Assembly: GCA_003990765.1 (NCBI GenBank)
Contig: RBNJ01000123.1
Coordinates: 1-40,396 of the forward strand
From: Jimgerdemannia flammicorona
Lineage: Eukaryota
DNA: 40,396 nt
Reading direction: 5' to 3'
Position 1 is the stretch's first letter; every line of letters begins with the position of its first letter. Position numbers and translations under genes: made by a program. The notes under the pieces are model-generated. The model saw only the letters and a list, made by a program, of their open reading frames with translations. It was not told the origin of the DNA and searched no databases. Shown piece by piece: positions 24,792-35,630 of the stretch.

Positions 24792-25493
24792 ATGACCTTA
24801 TCTTATAAAAAACTTCAATTCTATATTGATTATCTTTCTGGAGCCTTTGAGGACATGAACCATACTATTAACAAGATTGTCATCTGGTTGGATGATGAGG
24901 AACCTAAGACTGATGATAAATGTAAGAAGAAGAAGAAGATTGAAGAAGTAATCAAACAATTTATCTCAAGGACAGCTCCTGAAGCCACCTCTCAGGCTAT
25001 CCATAAAACCTCTATTCTTGAGGCCTCTGAAGTCTCTACTCCTGAGGCCTCTGAAGCTGCTGCTACTACTACCCAAGCTACTATCCAAGCCTAAGCTGCT
25101 GCCTAAGTACAAGCTACTATCCTAGCCCAAGCCACCACTGCCCAAGCCCAAGCTGCTATCCAAACCTAAGCTGTCACCTAAGTTCAAGCTACTACCCAAG
25201 CCTAAGCCACCACCCTAGCCCAAGCTGCCACCCAAACCCAAGCTATCATCTAAGCCCAAGTCACTACCCAAGCCCAAGCTGCCACTACCATACCTCTAAA
25301 AACTAAAGTTTGATTTCATACAAGCTGCAATAATTATAGAAGATATGGAAAACCATATTGTACCCTTGTCAAAATCTGTCAACAACTCAATCCATTGATC
25401 TTTAATCTTCCACTAAGAAAGAGGTTATATAATAATACTCACCAGACAACTACTGCTATGGCCAGGTATGGCTAAGATCAGGACCAGGAGTGA
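24792..25493 (+). pseudogene. hAT-B passenger gene: charged N-terminus with poly-Lys, AQAAT repeats, His/Cys motif
   Basis: One frame from ATG 24792. Internal stops are TAA/TGA at positions where CAA/CGA fit the repeat. Ends in HTSCNNYRRYGKPYCTLVKICQQLNPLIFNLPLRKRLY. Confidence 0.7.
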
Positions 25494-25629
25494 GAATTTC
25501 GAAAATATACATTGGTTATGTGTGGATTTTAATTAGGTGTAAATTTCAGTTATGTATAAATTTTAATTATATATTTATGTATGATGTGCCTTTCAAATAA
25601 ATAACTGATGTAATTAGTAAGCTACTGAG

Positions 25630-25749
25630 AATCTTGAATTTATATTTAATTTGATTTGACTAATTCAAATTGAACTCTCAATTCAATTTGATCTGAATCA
25701 ACCCCAATTCAATTCAATTTGAATTGATTTGATTTATTTGAGAGCACTA
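25630..25749. repeat. hAT right end: attcaa/aattga subterminal repeats and terminal gcacta
   Basis: Ends ...tttgagagcacta, matching the hAT-C terminal hexamer. Confidence 0.7.
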
Positions 25750-25787
25750 GATATGATATATATATATATATAAGCTAATATTATAAC

Positions 25788-28700
25788 ATAGAGACTAGAA
25801 GAACAGTAGCTGAGAGAGAAGATATGACTACTGATAGTAGTGTAACTGGAGATTTGGAAAAAAAAAAACCAGATGTGACAGCTGATGGTAGAGCTGAGTA
25901 GATGGGTTGAAAAAGTAAAGAAGACCTGATAGATAGTATGATAGATCTGACTATAGCTCTGTTACTTAAGAAATCAATCTCAGAATTCACTATTATATTG
26001 TACTTTTAAGGATAAGCAGTAACTACAAAGATAGTGCTGGGGCTAATCTCAAAGCAGATAGCTGAAGTAGCTTCAGTAAAGTTCTTGTGGGGGCTGGAGG
26101 ATATTGAGGTGAGATTTGAGAAGACTAGGCTAGTAGAGGAGACTTTGAAGACTGAATTGGCATTTGGAAAGATAGTGGTACTAATGGTATACTACTTGAG
26201 GTAGAACCCCAGAGTGGTTTAGCTCTTGGTAAAAAGAGTTCCTATAGTGATAGCTGTTGAGACTAGATGGAGGGTAGAGGAGGTGATAGTAGAGTATAGT
26301 AATATAGTAGATATTGGATCTTAGATCTGAGAGGGAACATCATTTAGGACCAGAGATATAGATGTCTAGCTCAGACTTATAGAGAGAGAGACTACTGGGA
26401 AGGCTCAGAACTAGCCTATAGTAATGATGTGAGAAGTATTTATATGTAAGATAATAAGGGTAAAGAGGAGTATAAAGGAGGAGAAGGATCTACTAAAGAT
26501 TCTAGAAGAGCTCAGTAAGGCAGTAGAGTATCAGACAGTAGTATGGAGGGCTTACAAAACATCATCATACTTAGAGATAGTAAATAAAATGAGGTAGTGA
26601 GTAGGTAAGATATTGTGGGAGAAAACTCAGAAAAGAAAGCAGCAGAAGAAGCTATTGATAAGTTTGAAGGATAGGTCTACTGCTGGGGCTGGTGGGGCCT
26701 CAGGTGGATCAATGGTGAGTACTTGGACTGGAGATAGAGTTGGGGGGATATCAGAGAGTATGGCAGAGAGTAAGGAGACTAGAAATAAATAGCTTTATAA
26801 TGAAGGTATACTTGAAGTCTGAGAGGAGAAAGAGAGGCTGAAGGCAAGGATTAGTGCTCTGGACAAAGAGAGTGGAGTAAATATGAAGATGAGAGATATG
26901 TAGAGAGTCCAGTTTGAGATTCCTGATATAGCAAAGAAAGGATAGATGATTGGTGTTATAGAGAATGAGCTATAGAATATTTCTGAGGAGAAGTGAGATA
27001 AGTTGGCAAATACAGATACTAATATCACAATACAGGAGAGAGGGGAGGCTATTAACCCCTAGTATAAAAAGTATTAGAAACTTTATGTGAATGATTAAGA
27101 AGATAGATGGCTTGACTGCTGAGAAGCTGGAGGAAGTAGACTTACAGGTGGTCAGTAAGAAATAATGAGAGTGAGTATTGATAGAAAATGGACTAGTAGA
27201 GAAACTGAAGGCCAAGGTACTGACTGTCTTGCTGGAAGAGGAAGAATATAAGATTGGTGAGGCTAAAGAGGCTGAATTGGCAGTAATTGTAGAGAAGAGA
27301 GTTTTTTTCTAGTTTAAGCAATGGTATGACCTATAATACTGGTAGAAGGCTTGCAAGAAATATAAAGAGGATATAGAGGAGAAGAATGATGAGATAATCA
27401 CTAAGATTCTGGTTAGGCTAAAGATAAGAGAGGCTGAGTTGACAAAGACTGTAGCAGAATATGGTCTGAACTTAGCTTGGGAGGAGATAAGTATAGAATT
27501 GTGAGAGGTTGGGTCTACTCTATAATATTATTCCTTAAAAATAGTATAATTAATATTTTCTCACTAAATATGAATGACTTGAAGGACTCTAGAAGATATA
27601 AGAACATTTTCTCTGAATGGAGACTGATCTTTTTCTTTTGCAGAATATATACTGAGAGGAGGACTTAAATAGACAAAAGTAGACTAAGAAATAGAGCAGT
27701 ATAGTAGTTTAGAGAAATAAGGTTGGAATCTTAGTATAATGTGGCAAAGGTAATCTTGGTAAAGTTGGGGACTGGGGTGACTGATTGGTCTGGGATAAAT
27801 GGCATTAGTCAGAGTGAGAGTCTGTTGTTATTAGCTCATATTATTGGCCAGCAGTATGGAGTAACCATCTTAAGTAGTTGGATGAGCTTCTTAATTGTAG
27901 TGTACTGGCTGAGATAAGAGTTAATGTACTTGAGAGTAACTTCAATATGGTCCAGGATATAGTGTTGGACAAAACTGATCAGAGAAGAGATACTAGAGAC
28001 TACAGTGGAGGTCTGGCTATTTGGAAAGACATAGAGCAATCTGGCTTCTTGATAGATACAGGCAGAGTGATGTAGGATAACTATTGGATCTATATATATT
28101 AGAGGATTGAATTTGAAATGCAGATTGATTAGATACTGATGGCTGACTGCTGAGGATTGAGTGTTTGGAAGAATTTAGAGATAGTGTAGTGCCTATAATC
28201 AGATCATTGAAGATTATTGAGATATAGTCAGTTTTGAGAGAGTGAGGATGATTCTGGATATTAGTGACTCAATTCCTTCTTGCTGGCTGAGAAGGGGTTG
28301 TGAGATACTCAAGCAGAGACCATTGGGTTAAAGATTGCTTATTAGAACCATAAGGGACTCCAATTGAATTGAATTGAGAGTTATTCAAATTGAATTAAAT
28401 TGGAGTTTTTTTAATTCAAATTAAGTTTAAATCAAATCAAATTGGACCTTTGATTCAATTTAAATTGAATCAAATTTGATCTTGATTCAATTTGTTGGAA
28501 GCACTAGCTCCTAGTAGGGGTTCATTGAGTGAGATTGAAGAAAGTAGCTAGGATATATTAGAGAGAGGCTGGTGGGTTTGCTGAAAAGGAGTAGTGGAGG
28601 AGGGTGAAATAGATATCTGATCAGTTGGCCCAGTTGCTGATAGAATGGGCTGACCTGTTGAGCCAGGAGATAGTAGATGATTAGAGACTAGTATAAGTTT

Positions 28701-31420
28701 AGTTAGAAGTAGTAGAGTTATAGAGAGTGTTAAGAGGAGAGAAGGAGACTTATATAAAGAGGATGGTGGCTAGGTTGAGATAGTAGGGGCTCAAGGAAGA
28801 CAAGCAGCTTTCTAAGTATCTGTTGTGATTTCTTTGAGTAAAGAGAGTGAGACAGTAGTAGGACAGAGTTTTGGATACTAAGGATATACTAGTATATAGT
28901 ACTCAGTAGATCTTGAGCTCTCTGAAGAGGAGATAAAGGAGTCTGTAGAGCAAGAAGAAAGGGGGTACTGACACTGAGGCTATAGAGTATGCTCTGGAGA
29001 ATTAGTGATCCCCTCAAGTAGATAGCCTTAGAGACCTAGTCCTGCTGATCAAGGAGGAGGAGATCTTATAGGTTCTGGCTACCACAAAATTGAACATAAT
29101 ATTAGATAAGGATGGTCTGCTCTAGGACTTTTAGAAGAAGATGGTGGGTGTTGGGGGAAATAGTCATGTTTTGTAATTATGTTCTTACAACCAGAGAGTG
29201 GGTCAGAGAGCAGAAACTTGATCTAATAATATTACTATTCAAGGGTAAAGAGAGGAGAGAGGATTGGAAGAACTGGTAGCTAATTATGCTTCTGGATATA
29301 AACAGGAAGCTGATCATAAAGGAGATTATTGCATAGCTGTAGAGGGTGGTCCAATAGATACTAGGTGAGAAGCAGCAAGACTTTTTTGAGAGCTGGCTTA
29401 TTAGAGATAGAACAGCCTGAGTGTACAGTATAATTGAGGGAATAAGAGCTAGTGAGTTTGATGGAAGGTTGGTCTTCCTAAATCAGAAGAAGACCTATGA
29501 TTATATTTAGCCAGTTTGGCTAGAAAAGATACTAGATAGGATTGAGATTTCTTAGCAATTCTAGGTTTCAATAATTAGTCTACTGGAGGGTAGTCAGATA
29601 GCTCTTATATATATGTATACAATAGTTATCATGATATCACATTTCTATTATGGAGGGGTGTTCTTCAGAAGGACCTATTGTCCTCTATTCTATATACTCT
29701 ATCACTAGAGCTATTGATAGATAATATTCACTGTAAGATGGCTGAGCTCTCAGTCTTGTGTGAAAGATTGAGGCCTTTGCAGATAACATAGTGGTTGATT
29801 TTGACTCAGTTGCTGATATTGAAGTACTGAGAGAGATGGTAGAATAGTATAAGGAGTATTCTAAGATAAAGCTCAACTAGTATAAGTATGAGATAATAAC
29901 ATTGGAATATAGACTAGTAGGTAGAGATATTATTGGAAAAATTGTCTCTGCAGAAGAAGCTGTAAGGTATCTGAGCATCTTCTTTATCAGTATATAGATC
30001 TGTCTTACTTAGAGTTTGGTAGAAGAGTAAGGTAGCTGATTAGGAGACAGTTCTTTAGAGCTATAGGAGATATTATATCTCTCTGGTTAGGCAGGTATTG
30101 ATACTGAATGTTTATTGATTACCAAAGTTATAATATCTGACTTATTACTTAGACTTTCTAGTCTGAGTGATGAAGCAATAATTGAAGTTGGCTAAGGACT
30201 AGATCTGGGCTGAAAACAGTATCAGATAGAATAGGAGACTTTGGTGACACTGGTGAATAGAGAAGGTCTTTATCTGGTAGACTTCCCTAAGAGGCTATAT
30301 TGTCTGAGGGCTTAGTGGTTGAAGTGGGCTGTTGAACTATAAGGTAGTGAGTGGGTACTACTAATGCAGAGAGTCTGAGAGAGAAGATTTTTCCCCAAAG
30401 GCTCTTCAGGTAATTTATTATCATTGGTTGAACTGAGTGACAGTAAGTGCTTATAGTATAAGGACTTCTGGTAGGAGGTGGCTGATGGTGCATATTATAT
30501 ATATTGGGCTATACCAGTGGAGTACTGAGAGAGAGATAGATCGGAGTCTAGTGATATAGAGATGAGATAGATTACTATTGGGTAGCTTTTCACTAGTAGA
30601 CTTTAACATTGATACTAGAATAGAGTACCAAAGGGGAATAGGTCAGAATTTATAGCCCATGGGCTAGCAGATGACTGGGATTGATAAGAAGTGGGACTGA
30701 GTAGATATATAGTTCTAGAGTACTGAAGTGTAGTAGTAGCTCTCTCTGAAGTTCTGAGTGATATAATAATATTTGTTAAAGAAGAATATCATGTTGAACT
30801 TTCAGTCAGATCACTTGATAGATAGCAGGTACTTCAATTGTAAAGAGTATTATAATATAGAGCAGGAGGAGAGTTTTGTATAGATACTAAAATATTGACT
30901 AGAAGAGTATAAGATACTTGGTAATTTCTGAATAGTAATTGAAAAGTGTCTGAGAGTAGTGAGGAGAAAGAATGGTGAGAGAGATAGGTGGGATGATTGA
31001 GAGAGCAATTGGTGGGTTATATTGATAATGAGTAGCTTACTATTAGATGAGTCTTGGTAGTATGAGTAGGGCTGGCTAGACACTAGTTATATATATATAT
31101 TTGAGAAGAAGAGATGGGTGAGTTTGGAGAAGAATTTGGTGAAGTGGGAAGGATTGTTGGGGCATATTATATCTGACTAATGGGTAGAGTGGGGGCTCCA
31201 GAGTAGTTGTTACTACTGTCTAGTAAAGGAGATATATGAGTAGAGTGAGAGAAGAGTAGTAATGATTAATAATCTAATAATCTTTAATTATAAAGAAATA
31301 GAGAATGATCCCCTGAGAGAGATTGGTTAGAGGTGGGGTTACTATATTATATTATAAATTAGAAGAGTTCAAATAAAGATCAGAGTCTAAGTAACTATAA
31401 AAAAAAAAAAAAAAAAAAAA
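25788..31420 (+). mobile_element. LINE-C: 5'-truncated, heavily mutated relative of LINE-A
   Basis: Colinear with LINE-A from mid-ORF1 through ORF2; AATAAA at about 31372 and poly(A) to about 31422; TSD aagctaatatta(t/c)a(a/g)c at 25772-25787 and 31421-31436. Confidence 0.92.
28361..28506. mobile_element. One-ended hAT/MITE remnant inserted in LINE-C
   Basis: Interrupts the colinear ORF2 at the (H)EGL|PV position; aattga/attcaa repeats; ends ...ggaagcacta; no left TIR. Confidence 0.72.
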
Positions 31421-31727
31421 AAGCTAATATTACAGCTACTTATATGTAATATCAGCTATTAGTTGAGTGGACTGAGTTAGCTGAGTAGACTTTTGGCTTA
31501 TACTTATAAATCTCACTTATACTTATATATATATATACTTATATATACTTAAAATCTAGAGCTTTTCTTACTATATTCTACTTCTCTTGCACAACTTTTA
31601 TATATTCCTTTATATCCCTTACTCTCATTTCTCAGATTGTAAATAATATACAATTTATAGAGATTTTGAAAGAAGTTTCAAAAGAGATTTCAAAGAGATT
31701 CTGAAAGAGCTTCTGAAAGAGCTTCTT

Positions 31728-32780
31728 AATCTTGAGTTCAGATTGACTGATAGTGAGATTGATAGATATGATATATCTTTAGACAATATAGTGACTGGTC
31801 TTGAGGATTTACTGGTCTTTTTAGAATATTTGGTTATAATGTGCCCTATTTGACAATAGAAAAAATAAACTCTAGATTTCTTCAGATAGTCTTTTTCTTC
31901 TGAGATAAGCTTGGTATTCTTTTTATTCATAGTATCTAGATCTATTAGTACTAGATTAACTATTCTTGATTGATTCTTATAATAGTTCTTGAAGTAGTTC
32001 TTCTTGTAGTATTCTGGTTCAAAGTAGTTACCAAAGATGATGATATCAAACCTATCAGCAATTCTCATAACTTTATTAAAAGTCTGTAACTCTTTTAACT
32101 CAACCTTGATTTATATATTCTCTTTCAGATCTTGGATATAGTGGTTTATCTTTTTATTTTCAGATATTACTAGTAGTTTAAGTAAAATTAACAGAAATTA
32201 TATATTGTAACTTTGTATAAACTTAAATTTCTTGATATATACTAGCTTATCTCTAGCTAGCTTAGTAGTATTAATAGACTTAAACTACTAGTAAAGAGTC
32301 TCCTTGAAAGATCTCCAATCTTTAATTCTTAGATTTAAATAGGTAGAGGTGGTCATAATATTAAATAATAGTATTTTCTCAAAGAAGTATAGTAGAAAAT
32401 TGAATTTGTGTATCTTTTTCTATTCTTATAAGTTCAAAGTATTAGTCCAACTGAAAGATCTATATATCTATAATTAGTTCTTCTTAGTGACTATCAAAGA
32501 TATCTAGCTTAAGTAACTTGAAACTAACTGGTATAGTAGCAGAATATAATATAGCTATAGTTCTTGTTTTCTGCTGTTCTACTTATACTTAGAGTAGTTA
32601 GATTTAATAGGCTATAGAGATAATCATATTCTCTAAGTTGGCTTATAATTCTGTATTATCTGCTTCTTCTATAACAGAGAGATCTGAATAGTAGACTGGT
32701 TCTTTATAGTTTATTTTGGACTTATGTGACTAGTTGTAACTGGTTTCTAAATTTATATAAGATTTCTTAATAAGGCAAGA
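31728..32780 (-). pseudogene. gag: Decayed Ty3/Gypsy gag remnant (Gypsy-B)
   Basis: (M)DLD..KLISEEK..YFFYCQIGHIITKY reads as a CX2CX4HX4C knuckle with TGT>TAT changes; truncated about where a protease would begin. Confidence 0.65.
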
Positions 32781-32803
32781 TATAACCACTTACTATTATC
32801 AAG

Positions 32804-33258
32804 TATAATAGTTCTAGTTTCTTTATGAGGAAGTAGCTAAGTCTAGTAATTCTAGTAGATCTAAGTAGCTTAAAGAGAAAATTGTAGGTTCAAGTGTTCT
32901 TGAAATAATTCTGAGAGAAAATATTATAAACTTCATTTAAGTAGAAAATAAGAATATTTATATAAGATCTAAAAGAAAGATCCAGAAAGATCTTAGAAAA
33001 GAAGAGAAAAGACCAAGAAATAGATTCTTAATAAAGATGATTAATAGAATTCTATAATATTCCAAAAGGTTCTATAACTAGCTAAGATAAGATACTTAGT
33101 ACTAAGAAAAGATAAGAATGTTCTAATAATGTCTTAGTATTAAGAGAAGATTTTTAGACATTTGAAAGATATTAGAACATAGTAGAATATTTAAGAAAAG
33201 ATAAGAAAAGACTAGAGAAAAGATATGAAAAGTACTAAGACTAAGATATGACTGTAAA
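32804..33258 (-). repeat. Possible decayed 5' LTR of Gypsy-B
   Basis: About 450 bp of purine-rich, repeat-rich sequence upstream of gag with a TATA-like motif. No partner LTR in the window and the ends are not clean. Confidence 0.35.
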
Positions 33259-33482
33259 ATTATTATTGAGTGACTTACTATTGGATAGACTTTGATGATA
33301 TAGGTGGAATTGACTAGATATTAGCTATATGTTTTTAAGGAGAGAATAGTATAATGAAAAGAGTTAGTAGTAGACATTATATCTAACTAATAGTAGGGGT
33401 AGAGTCTCTATAAAGATTGTTATTAATATCTAGTAGAGAGAGTCTGTAAGAAAAGTTATAAAAGAGTTATAATTATTAATAG

Positions 33483-33948
33483 TGTAATGTAGCAGATGCT
33501 AAGATGGGCAAGTATGTCAGATTTCTTTATCTTGAATTCTTGTCTTTTTGACTCCCAGAGTCAGTAGTTCCTTGAGGCCAAATGTGTTTAAAGAAGTAAT
33601 CCTGAAGGTCCTTTTATCAGTATACTTGTTCTTTTTCTAACACTTTCGATCTGAGGTTTATTCACTTGAAGATACTGAGTTATTTATACAAGTTTGCTAG
33701 CTATGAGAGGGTGGCTAAGTAATAAGTGAGTTATTTGGACTTTGTCGAAATATTTGGACAATGTCTAAATGCTATACTAAATCAGGACATTCAATTTGGA
33801 TAATGTCTAAAATTTTAGACAATGTCTAAGAATTTAGACAATATTGAAATTGAGGACTGCTAACTATAAGGCTATACTACTTTGGGACTGAGTGCGATCA
33901 AGTGTCTATTCCCTATTTCCTTCTTCCAAATTTGGCTGTACCATCACA
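33483..33948 (-). repeat. Gypsy-A 3' LTR (466 bp)
   Basis: tgtaat...catcaca; direct repeat of 39710..40133 with 42 extra bp. Confidence 0.95.
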
Positions 33949-33959
33949 ACTTCCTCCTG
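33949..33959 (-). other. Polypurine tract
   Basis: Minus strand caggaggaagt immediately before the 3' LTR. Confidence 0.7.
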
Positions 33960-33985
33960 AATAGATGGTCTCATCCCTGAGGCAT

Positions 33986-34423
33986 CTATTCAAACTCCCA
34001 GGCTTCAACCATCTGTATGGTCTTATACTGTACAATTTGCTGCATAGCTGTTTCCCAATGATGTCTTCTCACTTTCTCAAAGTTGGTGGAGATTACTCCT
34101 CTCAGGTGGTCTATTGCTGGTTCATCTTCTCGGAATAACTTGTGGATCCTTTTGGCAATAGTGATTTGTGAGTGAGAGAGTTGACACTCAGCAATCCAGT
34201 CCTCTTTGGTCTTTGCTAGATCCTGATTGAGTATCTGTCCAAGCTTGAAGTACTCTTGGAATTTTGCCTGATATTGATAGACTCTAAAGTACAAGATCCA
34301 AGAGAGATGAGTCTGCACAATACTCTGAATATCATCACAGTATGCCTCTATAGTTGGAGGCTTAGTGGTGTGCCATTGTCTTTTGATGGCCCTTTGGGCA
34401 GCACTAGTGATCTTGAGTGCCAT
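33986..34423 (-). CDS. Gypsy-A additional ORF3, 145 aa, unknown function
   Basis: ATG-initiated and stop-free, same strand as pol, fills the space between the integrase stop (about 34437) and the PPT. Confidence 0.7.
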   Translation of the reverse strand: MALKITSAAQRAIKRQWHTTKPPTIEAYCDDIQSIVQTHLSWILYFRVYQYQAKFQEYFKLGQILNQDLAKTKEDWIAECQLSHSQITIAKRIHKLFREDEPAIDHLRGVISTNFEKVRRHHWETAMQQIVQYKTIQMVEAWEFE

Positions 34424-34436
34424 TGTGATGCTTCAG

Positions 34437-35630
34437 TTATTGGCTATAGTACTTCTTGAGTCAGTTTCAATAAATGGTGGTGGGGATTATTGTGCCTGAG
34501 AGCTTTCATAGTCGGAAAGTAGTCCCTTTTATATCTTGTACCAGATACAGTCCTTCCTACTTGGGCTCCAGTTTTCATGACCAAGAAGCTTCTACCATAT
34601 TCTGATATATTAGGACTTCATCTCCTATCTTGATAATTTCCAGGGGCTTGTGGGTTTTTTCTGCATTACTCCATTGTAGTGCCTGCACCTTGATTATGTA
34701 ATCCTCTGCCTTTTTCCTAATTTGATGCAATCTCTGTATCTCTGTGTCCACATGCTTCCAGATTGCATCATTACTTACTGACAAACTTCCACCAGAACCT
34801 TCTTCACCAAATAGCATTTCTTGTGGTGTAAAATGGGTGCTTTGTGATCATATATCTCACAGAGTGGATAATGCTATTGGTAGATAGTGGTCCCAATTTC
34901 CATATTCATCACAGATCTTGGCAATGATGTTCTTGAGGGTCTTGTTGATTCTTTCTGCTTGTCTGTTTCCTTGTAAGTGATAGGCTGTGGTCTTGATGTG
35001 TTGGATCTTGTACTTCTTGTAAAGAACCTCATGGAACTGGTTGATAAATTCTGTTCCTCTATCTGTAGTGACTTGCTTTGGGGTCTTGAATCGGCAGATG
35101 ATTTCTCTGTGAAAGAAATCGGCAATTGACTGTGCATTGGCTTCCTTGAGGGGTCTGGCCTCTACCTATTTTGTAAATAGATCCACTATTACAATGACAT
35201 ATCAGTTACCAGTTAATGTCAGGGGTAGAGGGCCAATTACATCCATTGCAATATGGGCAAATGGTATTGGTTCGATGTCTGCTAATCCAGGGGCTTGATC
35301 TCATTGGTCTTATTTCTGTTTCTGGCATTTGTCACAGGTCCTGACAAATTGTCTGATATCTTCTTCCATTCCAGGCCACCACATGGTTTTTCTTGCTTTG
35401 TCATATATATTTGTTCCTCCTACATGACCCTGTTCATGTACTTCTTTCATTACTTGATTCTTCCAGTGCTCAGGGATGACTAATTGTTGTCCTTTCTTGA
35501 GTGTTTCTCCATCAATTTCGAATTGTTTCCATGTCCAATTAATAATTGTTTTTGTCCATTCTTCCAGATGCGGGGGCATCTTTCACTGCCCCAGGTAGCT
35601 GATGATTCCATAGTACAACTACTTATTTAT
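34437..35630 (-). pseudogene. Gypsy-A integrase (HHCC, DDE, GPY/F module; no chromodomain)
   Basis: HEQGH..CDKCQ; IAMDVIGPLP; TDRGTEF; QAERINKTLK; KLEPK(W)EG(P)Y; RLKKY stop. Confidence 0.92.

Larger units (their letters stand above)
9546..25749 (+). mobile_element. hAT-B DNA transposon (heavily decayed; left part cut off by hAT-A; contains LINE-B and hAT-C)
   Basis: Transposase remnants on both sides of the LINE-B TSD, followed by a 60-bp array, a second ORF, subterminal repeats and the terminus ...gagagcacta at 25749 (the same TAGTGC end as hAT-C). Assigning this terminus to hAT-B is an inference. Confidence 0.72.
25750..31727 (-). repeat. Decayed second copy of the palindrome module (25750..25787 + 31421..31727), split by LINE-C
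   Basis: 31421..31727 matches the reverse complement of about 17880..18205, and 25750..25787 matches the reverse complement of about 18485..18513, mostly with C>T/G>A changes. Confidence 0.8.

Noticed and set aside
31655-32068. 137-aa ORF as a gene
   Set aside because: Decayed gag read through the junction into repeats of the palindrome module.
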